DNA of 64,000 nt from Ramazzottius varieornatus. Lineage: Eukaryota > Animalia > Tardigrada. Every line of letters begins with the position of its first letter. Position 1 is the first letter of the stretch. Under the pieces are notes generated by a model, which was not told where the DNA came from, did not search any database, and saw nothing but the letters and a program-made list of their open reading frames with translations. Made by a program: the position numbers and the translations under genes. This document shows positions 41,259 through 54,124 of the stretch, in pieces. Where the stretch lies: contig BDGG01000011.1 of the NCBI GenBank assembly GCA_001949185.1, forward strand, positions 455,552 to 519,551. The letters run 5' to 3'.

Positions 41259-42718
41259 ATGGAAGCGTCGTCTACATCAGGAAGTGATAACGGACAGGCC
41301 AGATCCGTCATGCTGCCTCAACCGACCGAAAGCCACCTGGTCTCCCGCAGTATCATCCTGTTCATCCAGGAATCAGGTAAGCCTCCCGTTCTAGGCCTGC
41401 TTCAGCGTGTGACGCTACGTGGAGCGAATTACGTGGAGTCATGCTCTTCCTTAGGAATGATGCTGGAAGCTAAAGAGCTGACGGTGGCAATGGCTACTCT
41501 TCTCTTCCACACTTACGCAAACGCACATGATGTGGTTGGCATCGACCTGGAAGAATCGACGGAGCCTTCCAACGCTAGTGCCGCTAAAGAAGAGACAAAA
41601 ACCCGTGGATTGCCAAATGATCAAGTAATTTTGTCGCAGCAAGGCCGGAGACAGCTGTAACCAGAGGAGCATTTTTCTCTTCCCGTGTCGTCAGATCGTC
41701 GACTAATATTAACGCGCGTTTAGAGATCTTGCGATGACGCCATGCGCTTGTTGACGTGGATTCTGCTCCAGTTGAAATCTGCCACTTTGCTACGAAATGG
41801 TTGCGCAGGATGGGGCCTGGCACGGCCCTGTTAGCGTCCATCATGGAAAAATGGCAGATTTAGCTCGCCGGCTCAACACAGCAGGACGAATGGATAATGC
41901 ATGATGTCTTCCTGCGAGCTTCAGGAAATTTGGCTGAATGATTACCCAGTCTTTTTCTTCCAGATGGTCGCAGCTGCCTGCCTTCTTCTTGCGGGGAAAA
42001 TGGAAGAAAACCATTTCAACATCCGCAAGCTGATCAACGTGGCCTACAAGTATGCTGATCAGGTGTTTCTCGAATTGAGAAAGTTTTCCTGCGAAACTCC
42101 GCGTCTTTTTCTGCAGGACACACCATAAGGAAGAGCTGAGGGACATCAACGAGTACTACTCTCTCCGCGGCGACCTGCTGGCTCTCGAACTGTGGCTGCT
42201 GCGTATCATCGGTTTCCGGTCAAACTTCGCCCACCCTCATAAGGTAATTCTTTTGCCGTTACAGTAAGTGTCCCCTGTCATGGAATTCGTTTCTAATTTT
42301 CGAGTGCACAATCTCAAGAAATTTTTCGCTTTGTTAACGTAGTATCTGGTGTGTTACTTGAAAGCTGTAAAAGACTGGTTACCACCTGACACTTTCGCTC
42401 GTCATCCCCTCGTGACGCTTTCATGGTGTCTAATGCGGGACGCATACCTGAGCGAGATGGTTGTTCGCGAGAAACCCGAGCACATCGCCGTAGCTGTTCT
42501 CGTCTGTTCCCTACGGCTGTGTAAGGTTGTGGTACCTGAAGAAAGTCGAAGTGACCGCCATTGGACGAAGGTTTGTTTGTGCGTCTTTTTTCGGTGATCA
42601 GATACTGTGTTCCGAGTGCTTGAAGGTTACTCTTCTCCTGTTACAGGGTCTCTGCGCAGACTTGGCCAGTGCGCAACTGGATAATATCGTTAACGCACTG
42701 ATGGACATTTATAGCTGA
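41259..42718 (+). CDS. CCNQ: Cyclin Q / FAM58 (cyclin M)-like protein
   Basis: FIQESG..L, AACLLLAGKMEE...IRKLINV, ELWLLRIIGF..AHPHKYL..YL..VKDWL, PEHIAVAVL, and C-terminal IVNALMDIYS; six exons. Confidence 0.85.
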
Positions 42719-43348
42719 AAGATCACTGTCAAGCAAAATTTTACAGCTGCTTTCTGTTACAATCGCTGTCTATTACTTTTCTTGTTGGGGAAGAAGAGCC
42801 TTCTTTTACCGAATAACGCTATCAGTTGCTTTACGGGGTTTCAAATTTTTCGAGCGGAAAGAAAGTTGAATGCTGTTACCATGAAGAAGTCATGTCGAAG
42901 TTTCTCGCTGCGTCACAATGAAAGAAATTCCTCACTCTGGTTCCTGGAGCTGGGGAGAATCCCAATACATCGTTCACGGGTTAGCGGCATAAGCGCTGTC
43001 GGCAGCGAAGCACCTCTGGGTCCTGGAAGCGGTCCCGGACGTCTGGTTTGCCAGACTTTCCCTAATTACAAAAATTTTGACAGCGACTTCCGTATCGCTG
43101 TGACGTGGTGCAAAACATACGCTGTGGCATCCGCGCGAAATAGCCTTTCCCGGGGAAGTGAAAGCGGCCATTCAAGAGCTCAATCAAGTAAGTGCGCTTT
43201 GCATGATGCAGTACGAAAAGACAAAGTAAAATTTCCAAGTCAGAGCCAGGCCAATCGTACGGCCAGCCAACAACATCACATTCAAACGGCTGTGCTCAGC
43301 CGTAAGGTTCATCTACCTGAATTTACGGACTTTATGTTTGCTTCTCGC

Positions 43349-46300
43349 ATGTCTGATCCCTCTTCGACTTTCTCGCCGACGGTGATCGATGTTCCAGTGC
43401 GAAGCACCTGCGACGAACTTGCTCTGGATATCGAAGGTGAGCTGTATCGCAAGCTGCATTCATAAAAGAACCCAAGCCGAACTATCCTGAACCGGGCATC
43501 TTTTCGACGAAAAGAGGTGAGGAATATCGACAAGAATCCTCGTTTACGCTTCGTCAAGAATCTTGCTTGGTAAATTCCGCTGCTTTCTTTAGGGTCAGAT
43601 GTATACTACTCTCACAATAGAAGACGTGAAACTGTTGCTCCAATCACTTATCGCTGGAAGAGCTGTGGGTGCCGCCGTGCCGGAGCTGGGCTGCTCAAGC
43701 AGAAGAAGCACAACAACGCGTCTCCTTCCACCTTCGTCAACACTCGCGCCATTGAAGCTGATAGCAATACTGGATCCAAGGGAGGCCTCGCGGGATTGAT
43801 GAGCATGTTTGGTGCTCAGGTAAGCTTGGCTAACATTTCCTACCCGCTTGGCAGAGGAAAAAGAGTGGTATAAGTTTCAAATGGGAGCTCGGCAGACAAT
43901 TCGACAAGACCGATTTTCAAACGGCGCATGCTTCCGGCGATTGGAACTGACAACATGCGCCACTTGGGGGAAACCATTTTGTCGAATTGGCTTACCGAGC
44001 TCGCAGACTGCTCCGAAGATCGCAACAATCTTGCCGCAGCAGCCAGGGTACTTTTTTATCCGCTGGTCAAAATTAGTAGCCGAGAAGGCCCGTGCACTAA
44101 ATTGCTTTTTCGCAGGTGATTGTGGACTATACTTCTAACAGCCAAAAGGATGGAAAGTTTACCGATCAAGACGCTGCCATACTATTAATGTACGTTAATA
44201 CCTGAATGTTTCTGGATGAAACGATAGAAGACACGTATTATGGATTGTAATGCGTTACTGTGCACAGTTCTTGCGTTTTACAGAATAACAACAAGGGACT
44301 TATTTGCTTGTTTTGTCGTGATGTCAAGAATGACAGCTGGGAAGGACGAGACGCTGAGATGGTCGTCCATAACGTTCATTTGGCGTGGGGAGGTGAAAGG
44401 TTCGAGGGCTGCGGAGAGCTGTTCCACCGTGAATGTCTTAAGTTGGTCCTGTTATTGCCGGGAAAGGGCAAACACCCAGAGTATGCAACAAAGTGCTTTC
44501 ACTGCGAGTAAGTTTGGGAAAGTTGATCGGTATGACTTCCCGTGGGGAGAAAGTTTTGTGACGAATGAAGCAGGAGCTCAGCAAACAGAACGCGCAGGAT
44601 TATTATCCTAAGTGGCGCACCTTTGCTGTCAATAACCATGAAAACGTGCGCCAGTTAAAACAGCGATCTTGTGCGTTTCGTTTGACCAACTCCGGAGATG
44701 ACGTCTTTCAAATCTCGTGTGTGAGGGGTGACACCCGGTTGTATTTATTTTTAGGAAGACGATCAAGGTCGGAGAGTGCGTTCCTCTGGGTGCCGACGTG
44801 TACGAAAGTTTGTATGCTGTCTCGCTGGCATCCAATCATTTGGTCATCCGCCACCGTGATCTTCAGAGGGGACTTCAGGCTACTCAGCGGGAGTGTGCGG
44901 TGAAGGATGTGGACATCAGCCACCTTCGTGAAGCTGCCGAGGAGAAGGAAGCCGAGATCATGCGACTCCGTCGTCGACTCAATTTTGAGGTGCGGGGTAC
45001 ACCCCAGTATATTGCACCGGCAACCGAAGATGGCTCCAGTAATGCCGAGTTGGTTACAAGCGACGCAAGAACCGAGATGACTGGCCGACACATCCTGCGT
45101 GTACGACGTACCACGTGGACGTCCTTGTTCGCCCGAGAGCTCCCTGCAGTTCTGGGAATATCGGCTGGCATCCGATCTGAATGCGACCTTCCCGGGATGG
45201 ACCTCAAGTACATGTTTATCCTGAGCTGCCTCGACAGACTGGTGTGGCAGACAACCGAGTAAGTCAAAACTAGTGTACTCGTTTGCCTCTCTAGTATGGG
45301 AGCCGGGCGATCGAAATGTCACGATCACCATACCGAATGGCGCATGTTTTCATGGCTATTGGCTGCAGAGGTGCTCGACTCAGGACGAAAATCTCGTACG
45401 TTTTGATTACCCAGCTCTTGTGTATTCCTTATTGGCTGACGATTATGTCTGATGTGTCTGATGGGAAATTATGTCTGATGGGAAATTTCTGCAACAGTCC
45501 TTCGTGAGACTTTCCACAGCCTGATGGTAGACGAAGCTTGGGAAGTCAGTCAGATGCAGAGCATGACCAAGTTTCTGGCAAAATATGGAGTGTACTCCGG
45601 AGTTGTTGCCGCATTCTGTTTCCTTGTCAAAGCCACTAAGCCGCTTCATCTTCTACCCACGAAGTACGTGGAGACGTCTTCCATGGAAAAATGGGGTGAC
45701 GCGCGGAATATTCAGGATTATGTTAACGCCTTTGTGAAACCTTCCCTCCTTCAGGGAGAGGAAAACTTCGAGGTAGTAAAACCTAATACAGGTTTTATGA
45801 ATCAAATTACAGCTGATTTTTTAAGGCCGAATGCCAAATTTCAACCAACCATTTGATTCGGCGAAATTTTTCCTAGCTGGAAAATTTTTCTGACCAAGAA
45901 CCTGGTTTTTGGAGCGAAACCCATGTGGTGTTCGGGAAATTTGTATCCTGGTCTGTCACACGTTTTGCATTTCCTGGTCCGGATATTCCTGGGGTGTACC
46001 CCTTGTAAGCCGTTAGCGGTAGCGGTACTTCGTGCTTGACAATTTTAGTCTTGTAATTTTTTTCGCGATTATTCCGGAGTAATTTCAGAGCCGATCCTGA
46101 TTACAGTTAAAGGTGAGGCTGCACCTTGACGAAGTTTCCTCTGTTCCGTATTGCAGGTATGGCAAAACCGGGATCTTCCAAAGGCAATAAGTCCGAGGGA
46201 GGCGAGAAGAAACAGGCGAAGCCGTTCGATGTAGGCACTTCCGGTGAGTGACTGGACGTTCAATCATCCCTGAAACCCTATTCGGATCACCATTTGTACT

Positions 46301-47997
46301 TTCAGGTCCAACAATGCGAACTCGGAAGCGGAAGAGCGTTATGGAAGAAGTCGAAAACCCAGAGAAGAGTCGTCTAGAGAACATCCACAGAAAAGGTTCG
46401 TTCATCTTGTCCAGTTGCGTTGTGGAGAATTATGACTTGAGGGGTATACCCCGTATTCTACCTATTGTCTTGTCGGACTTGATCGTGGTTCAGTTTCCGG
46501 ACAAGATTGCTTTGACACTGGATATGAAAGCTGTCACGACGACGAATAAATGGAATGTGGACGACGGCGTTTCCTACGGCGAGTCCCTAGCTACGGGTGA
46601 CCAGATAGTCGTTCGTCACTGGAGAAAGATGGACGCAAAGCAGCAGTCTTCCAAAGCCAAAGTCGTGATCATCACTGCGAGCAAAACTGAAGCTGAAGGT
46701 CTACAAAAAACGCTGGACGAGCAAGCCAGGAAAGCGATGGTAAATGCTTCCCATATTTTACGGCTGTCTCTGCTGTTAGTGCTTTCTCATCGAGTAGTTT
46801 TCAGAAAATCGCTCCAAAGAAACCTTCCGGTCCGTTGTCACCTTCCAAAATTCAGAATGAGCGAGATTTCTTATCGGAGCTGGTCTGTGAATCTGCTGAT
46901 GGACAACACTCCAACGAAGATGAAGCTTGGGTGAGCGAGTCGGCGGAAGTGGAACAAACAGAGCGGTCAGCGTCCCCACAGCTACAGTTGGCTCAGACTT
47001 TGGATAGGGAGTATACTCGGAAGCCGCGTTCGCCCAGTGTAGAAAGCAGATGCTAGCTTTTCAATCCATTCACCCGTTCACCAGTGAAACGTAAGGAAAT
47101 ATAAATATTTGTTTTCTAGAAGACGCTGCCACCCTTGATTGAAAAACTGACTGATGCGCTGTTGTCGGCATTCCTGACCTCTTTGATGCTTACGTGACAA
47201 TACTTCCTGTTTTCAAACAGGTGATCGCGACAACACACCGCTGAACCTCGGACGAAAATCCTGTCCGCCGAAGCCCACTGTCGCCATAAAAGGTAACTCG
47301 CTGATTTCACTCTCGTGATCATCGAAAATTTTTATAGTACATTTTCACGATGACTTTAAAATTATCCGATGTTGCCGTGACCAGACAGCATGTTCTGGGG
47401 TATATTCCTCTCGATCCTGATGATGCAGAAATTCTGTCCAGTAAGACATTCGATTATGCTGCCAACTGAATTCATCTCAATTTGTCAAACTTAACCTTGG
47501 TAACGATTTATGTGGATAGTCAACTATCAGACTGGTGCAGCATCGTGGAAATCTCTCGACCAACGTGCATCCTCACCGCAAGCTGCAGAGTCGAGCGTGA
47601 ACTCCATAGGAACCCGTTAATCGACGCGGTCGATTTGGCCCTACTGTTCTTTGGTCCAAGGCACAACGCTCTGAATTTGTTCGTGGGTCGTGGATTCGGG
47701 CTTCAGGCGGCCCTTGGAAACGGTGTCGTTACTGACATTGTCGGTAAGAGAATTTTCGTCTACCGCTCGTTCAAGGTCAAGTTCTATTTCTAATGGCAAT
47801 GTTTCTTCTCAGGTTAGATAAACTCCTTTCATCCGGTTTCCATGCATGACGTGCGAGCAAGAATCACCAGTACCGAACTGGTCACGGCGTTTGGCAAACG
47901 GCTGTACAACATGAGATAGAGTATGGACCCCGGCGAGGGTACTTCAGGAGTACAATCCAAACACCTAGTTTTCGAATCTGATGATGAACCTTTGTGA
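43349..47997 (+). pseudogene. Decayed multi-exon gene(s): RING/PHD-like finger + coiled coil, and a C-terminal BEN-like domain; possibly transposon-borne
   Basis: Many GT-AG exons. CLFC...H...GCGELFHRECL...KCFHC (~44285-44508), a heptad-rich segment (~44850-44990), and DLALLFFG...VGRG...AALGNGVVTDIV...ELVTAFGKRLYNMR (~47620-47915). In-frame stops and frameshifts at ~47054, ~47617, ~47814 and ~47917. Confidence 0.5.
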
Positions 47998-48148
47998 AAA
48001 GTCTCGCCGTCGATTCAACTAGCCTCCCGTTTCTCTTTATTGAGCATCCAAAACTGTAGCTTTCGAATCTGATGATGAACCTTTGTGAAAAGTCTCGCTA
48101 TTCGTTCAACTAGCCTCCCTTTTCTTCTCTATTGAGCATCCAAAATTG
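47966..48148 (+). repeat. ~91-bp tandem duplication
   Basis: tag(t/c)tttcgaatctgatgatgaacctttgtgaaaagtctcgc...attgagcatccaaaa occurs twice back to back. Confidence 0.9.
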
Positions 48149-49978
48149 TGAACGATGTAGGATCCTCATTGTCTGTAAGTTAACTTTTCGAACTGCGGAT
48201 GCGTGTAAGAAAACTGCCAATCAGTATCAGTCGACACTTCCGCTTCCCCCAAACATCCGCTTACCCCAAACATCCGCTTCTGAATGCCCTCCCGGACATG
48301 CGATACGGAAGCGATGAGGTATATGACAGACGATATACCTCATCGCATCCGTTTGGTATCATTTGTGGAATGTGGGTTTCGTATAGTGAAGGATTTTTGA
48401 AGGGATATTCCCGGGGCCACTATTGAGTGAGGAAACTGCTTATGAGTGGGATGACGCGGGAAAGGCTGATACAAAGGCTTCGTTCGCAAGTGTGGCCGGA
48501 ACTAATTAAATTCGGAGTGTATAGTGTCGGGGGTAGAGATCAAAGGCGATCCTTTGTAATTGGGTATAGTTCGATCGTCGATGGTGCTATGGATTTGTTC
48601 ATCTGAGCGGGGAGGGGTCGAACCCATCGAGAAAAGAGGCCCGCTTATCTTCAAAGGTGTGGTCTTCGTCCACTGTATTTTTATCTGTTTTGATTATGTA
48701 GATATAGGTATCACGCCTTCTTCAGTTTTCAGGGAATATAGTCTGATGTAGAAGGTGGGACTAATGTGGAGCAGGATTTGAAACTGTGGACAACGTCGGC
48801 TGATTAATATTCGCGTGACGGCGAAAAGCGGAGGTTTGAAAGCTTTAGGCACAGCTCAATACTAAGCGGGGCTTAATATTGACTTTGCGTTAGGGTAACC
48901 CCTTTCAGAGTACGCCTTGGCAATTAATTTCTATAGACAGATAAATATTCCACTCCTGTAATTTGGGTAATTTGTCTGCCTATGTTCGGTTTTCTCCTAG
49001 TCAGAATTTGCCCACGATTGTATATAATAGGTTCGAGTTCTTCATTGATGACTGCTGCGCGCCTTTCTCTTCGGAGCCCTGGTCGGAAAGAGATCAGAGC
49101 TTTTCTTCCTTTTTGATTGCAACGTTGGTTGGTTCTACCATGAAAAAAATGCATCGGATACCGTTGATGATTCAGTTGTTGTGTATCTGCGCCGATTGTT
49201 TTGTCTTTCCGCAAAAGCTTCCTTCGTCGCAAATTACCTCACGACATCTTCTAGTTGACGAACCGTATGTGTGGCCTCTCGCTATCACTATTCCACCATC
49301 AGCGTCAGCAGATACGGCTAAAGCTGCGTTCCAGAAGGGCAGGACAAAGGCCATCTTGAACCTGTTGAGGTACGAGTGGCTGCTACTGTTGACGCAAATG
49401 GAGCGCGACTGTAGCGACCAGGTTGAATGCTCCAGCAGGGAGAACCAAGAATTCTTGAAGCGGAGATTCAAAATTGGGGCTTCAGCTTCTCAGCGAGCAC
49501 ATCGATTGCATGGGGGTGGGGCAACGGGCGAAGTCTTCCCTTCGTCACAGCTGACCCTTTGGATACGGAAAGCCACACCCAGAGTTGGATAGCTTCTGGA
49601 TGGCATCACATGTTTTACTCAAGCTCAGTTCGGCATATCTCACGACACTACTGTATTTTCGATATTAGAAACATTGGTATTTTTACCGTATTCGTATCTG
49701 TGTTCATTCGCGTATCCTCGAATGGATCGACTGAGATGCATGAAACTTGATCTCTTACTTCTAAATGTCCGGCGGATCGGTGGCGTTTGTTCTTCAATAT
49801 TAAAGCGGTGGGAGAAATAGCGATGCGTAACTCTGAAGGGACGAAATTCGTTTTAGACTGCGACTAACGAGTTCCACAATCAAGGAGGAAAATACTCAAA
49901 TTTCCAGCCCATTTTATTTGGCCCGGCAAATGGTGTTGTGGAAGTGAGCACAGTGTGGATGTCCACAAAGCAATCAGT

Positions 49979-52900
49979 CTAGACCGACATGTGCCTTAAA
50001 TTACGGCCACATACTGCCACTCCTTCCAAATCAGCCACCTTTGATCCTCCTTTGCGTGTTTCCTCCACCTTTGCAATATCCCACTGGACCCCAGAAGGCC
50101 ACATAAGGCTACCAGGTAGATCTTTCTACCCTATGGTGCTGTGGTCGTAAGGATACTGCCGCTTTTAGTTTTTGCAGGTGGGGTCAATCCCTCAATCAAA
50201 GGACGCCAACCCACGGTGATCATGATTAACCGCTAGCCCGGATCTCCCTTGTTCTCATCCGCTTCGCCTTACCTTCTCACAACCCACGACTCACTTCGAA
50301 GGCTACATAAGTCTACCAGGTACATTTTGTACCCTATGGTGCTGTAGCCAGAGTCACTTCTTGCTCCGTGTACTGCGCTGCCTTTCTCGACGTTTTATTG
50401 CAGGATCGAAAAGTCTGACGAAATCAGGCCTAATCAGGAAAGCTATTCAACAATCAACCCATTGGAAAGCTTCGTCTCTGACACCCCTCTCTTGGTTTTC
50501 ATCATCTGCTTCGTCTGGCCTCGTTCACATCTCGGGACTCATCACGAAGGCCTTGTAAGAATACCAGGCCATGATTGTTGTCTGCAATGACTGAGACAGC
50601 TGATGGTGGCGCTATTCGTGACCTCTGCGGCTTCAAAGCAGCCAGCGCTGGTTCCTTGAAGAGGCATCGAAGAAAGGGAAAATGCTTGAAGAGTCAGAAG
50701 ACACAAGAAGATCGAACAGTTGTCCTCGAGCAGACCCAAACCTGTAACGCAGGCGAGGCTCCAGCGAAAGAGCCAATACAGCCTCGTCGTCCACCTCCTA
50801 CCCTGCACAGATAACCCCATGGAGCCAGGGCAACTGCAGCAGCCGCCTATGCTACTACAATAAGGGACTGCAGTACATCCAACACGCGCGAAAGCTGGAC
50901 CACCCTTCTCCGTTTTCCCTCTGTAGCTTTCCGCCAACCCGAGAAGAACCAGCCAACAAAAAAATTACTCACCTCCATCGTAAAAGAAAACGTGTCAAGA
51001 CCTGCCGGCCGAGAACAAGCCGTTGCGAAGCCACTCAAGAAAAAGCAGAAGAAGATGGATGAGGATTCCGAGCTAAAGAGAAGGGTGGAGCAAAAGCTTA
51101 ACGACTGTCAGCGGCGCAGTCCGTATACTGGCTTCGGACGATGTCATAGCTTCAGTTACGACTGAAACTGGAGGCAATTCGCGCCAAACATCCTCTTGAA
51201 CCAGACAGCGTCGTGTTTCCGTCAAAAGAGTCCTTGGTGCCACCAGTCGGGCCAGTGACAAGCGAAGAAGTCATCAACGCGGTTATCAGCTTTCCCAACG
51301 GCTCCGCTGGTGGTCCGGACGGACTCCGGCCACAGCACCTGAAAGACATGCTGAAAGGAGTAAGAGACCCGGCGTCTACGGAGCTTGCGGAATCATTGGC
51401 ACTCCTTATCACCTTGATGTTGGAGGGCAAAGTGCCTGATGACATCTGCCCCGTCTTGTATGGTGCGTCACTAACCGCGCTGCCCAAGAAAGATGGCGGT
51501 ATCAGGCCGATCGCTGTCGGGAACACATTGCGGCGACTGGCTGGAAAGATAGTGAGCAAACAAGTTATGGAGACGATGGGTGTGCTAGTCCGACCTCAGC
51601 AGCTTGGCTATGGCACAAAAGGAGGTGCAGAAGCAGCTTTTCATGCCACTCGGGTTTTCATCAGTCACGATAAGGCTTAGTTCTTCTCGAACTGGACTTC
51701 CGCAATGCATTCAACACCGTGTTTCACGACAGACTGCTGCATGAAGTCCTGAGATATATGCCTGAGTTTTTCCCGTTTGTCTTTCAGCTGTACGGGACTC
51801 CTTCCAACCTTTTATACGGCGAGCACAGCATTCAGTCGGCTCGCGGAGTTCAGAAAGGAGACCCTCTTGGACCTCTTCTGTTTTGTCTGCTCACGCGCAA
51901 CCTGACCAAGTCGCTCCAGTCACCGTTCAATCTCTGGTACCTGGATGATGCTACCCTCGGCGGCGACCTGGAGCAGGTGTGTGAAGACCTACGTACAGTT
52001 GTCCGCGCCGGAGCTGCCTTGGGTTTGGAGCTTAATTTGGGTAAGTGCGAGGTATTTGCTTTTGGTGGGACGGACCGGGAATGCGCAACTGCAATAGCCA
52101 AGGTGCAGATTCATTGCCCTGGCATCCTCCTTCCACAACGCAGCAACTTGACTCTTCTGGGAGTTCCTCTTTTCAACGAGGCCATCCCCAGCGTGCTGAA
52201 AGCAAAGAGGGGCTCGGCGGAGCTGACGAAGGCACGTTTCGAAAAGATTTCGTCAGATCAAGCCTTGTTCCTTTTAAAGAACTGCCTCAATATTCCTAAG
52301 CTGCTTTACGTCCTACGCTGCAGCCCCACGTACAGATGGACGCAGTCACTTCACGATTTTGACGATGTCATCCGCAGATGCACCGCGAAGATCGTCAATA
52401 TTGATATGGACGACTCGGCCTGGCGCCAAGCAAGCCTTCCCGTTGCCAACGGAGGTTTAGGACTGAGATGTGCTGCTAAACTTTACCAGTCTATTTGGCT
52501 TCTGTTAACGCAGCACATTCCCTCGTGTCTCAAATTTGTCGTGAAGCAGACTTGGATGCTGCCGTGGTCGAGGAGATTACTTTGTGGCGCACAAGCTGTA
52601 ACGTCGAACCTCCGCCAGGTCTGCCGCGGTCAGTCCAGAAGCTATGGGACACGCCCCCCGTCGAATCCAGCTTTCGTGCCCTGTTAGAGCAGTCTTTGTT
52701 CACCGAAAAAGCCCGTCTCCATGCCGTTTCCACAAAGGAATCCGGGGCATGGTTAAATGCCTTGCCAGTCTCAACTTTAGGTAACCTCCTAGATGATAAT
52801 TCTTTTAGGATTTCTGTAGGACTACGGCTTGGAGCCAAGCTGTGCGAGACGCATATTTGCCGATGCGGGACGAAGGTGGACAGCACAGGCCGTCATGGAC

Positions 52901-53577
52901 TAGCCTGCAAACATAGCGCCGGACGCCATAGCAGGCATGACGCACTCAACGACATCATCCACAGAGCCTTGACTAGCTGCCAGGTTCATAACGTGAGAGA
53001 ACCGAATGGATTGATGCGTGACGGAAACATGCGACCCGATGGACTAACGCTTGTTCCGTGGTACCAAGGAAAAGCTCTCGCATGGGACGTGACTGTGGTG
53101 GACACGCTGGCACAGACCTATCTCCAGGGCTCCACCAATCAGGTAGGTTATGCTGCAAACCAAGCTGAGGAGAAGAAGAGGTGGAAGTACGAGGAGCTGG
53201 AGAGTCAATAACTGTTTTGCCCCGTCGGATTTGAAACGTATGGTGTCTTCGGCAACGAAGCACGAGAGCTCGTGGAGAAGATCGGGAAGAAAGTTGCTGC
53301 GCGCACAGGCGAGCCAAGATCTCTTTCGTTTTTGAAGCAGAAAATCAGCATAGAAATTCAGAGAGGCAATGCTGCTTGCGTTTATGGCACTTTTGTACAT
53401 AGCCGAGGTTTGGAAGAAATTTATAGCATCTTAGATTTGAAGAAGAATGGTACTTCATTAGTTTAAATTTTGTTGATTGTTTTATTTGTATGTGTAGTCT
53501 TACGCTGTGTGACACGGTGATTGGCTTGCTAAACTGGTTGATAGAGTTTTCTACTGGAATATTTGGAGCTGAATATC
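49979..53577 (+). mobile_element. Decayed CRE-clade non-LTR retrotransposon (RT + CCHC + restriction-like endonuclease)
   Basis: N-terminal zinc finger (~50620); GPDGLRPQHL, PKKDGGIRPIAVG, GVQKGDPLGP, YLDD; C.CG...H...C; RHD; RPDG...W..GKALAWDVTV; ETYG; ISIEIQRGNA. Several frameshifts. Boundaries rest on a tentative 11-bp direct repeat aagcaatcagt (49968-49978, 53578-53588). Confidence 0.88.
50097..50349 (+). other. Two copies (50097-50146, 50301-50349) of a structured RNA-like motif in the retrotransposon 5' region
   Basis: Three-stem hairpin conserved between the copies with compensatory substitutions; see findings. Confidence 0.6.
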
Positions 53578-53757
53578 AAGCAATCAGTACCTACGGGTAG
53601 AATGTATCTTGGCACGGCAATCCAACCGGCTATCCTCCAGATGATAGTGTTGAGGTGAGCATTACTGCCAAGCTACAGTATACGTAAGTGCCTCCTGCAT
53701 ACGGTAGTGTTATCGACAACGACTTTGTCTGAGAATCCACTTTTAGCAAGCATGCAA

Positions 53758-53796
53758 GAAAAATTTAGAAAAATTTAGAAAAATTTAGAAAAATTG
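53758..53796. repeat. (AGAAAAATTT)~4 minisatellite
   Basis: Read directly from the sequence. Confidence 0.9.
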
Positions 53797-54124
53797 CTGT
53801 GACAAGCGAGACTTGTGCAATGGACCAAATTACATTATCACCGGATCTCTACGAGATGTTGAGTGTGCTGGCTGGCGGGTAAAATCATAAAGTAAAAAGT
53901 GTCGTGGTGTTTGGATCGATGTGGCCTAGTGGCAACGAATAGTCTAACTTAGTACAGTACGTACTGTATTCGCAGAGAATTGAATGCTGTGCGAGTACGA
54001 GAACAAGCAAATAGAAATACGGCAAATGAAGCGGATAGGTCGACTGGTCCAGCAAAGAACACAAGAACCAGAAAACGGTCACGAGGAGGTTAACCGAAGA
54101 GACGCTAACAGAGCGAGGCCTGCT

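Noticed and set aside
42782-43465. 227-aa ORF as an intact gene
   Set aside because: Starts at TTG, crosses apparent splice sites and has no domain; only its 3' end seems to belong to the decayed gene.
48315-48335. let-7-like seed TGAGGTA in the hairpin
   Set aside because: Similarity is limited to 7 nt, and its position next to the loop does not fit a mature miRNA.
48963-49592. 209-aa ORF as a gene
   Set aside because: Starts at TTG and has no recognisable domain; it may contain a decayed exon, but I cannot support a call.
49825-49985. Group I intron-like (AGACTG/CAGTCT pairing) or hammerhead-like (CTGAAGGG...GAAA) motifs
   Set aside because: Core consensus incomplete; the remaining helices could not be built.
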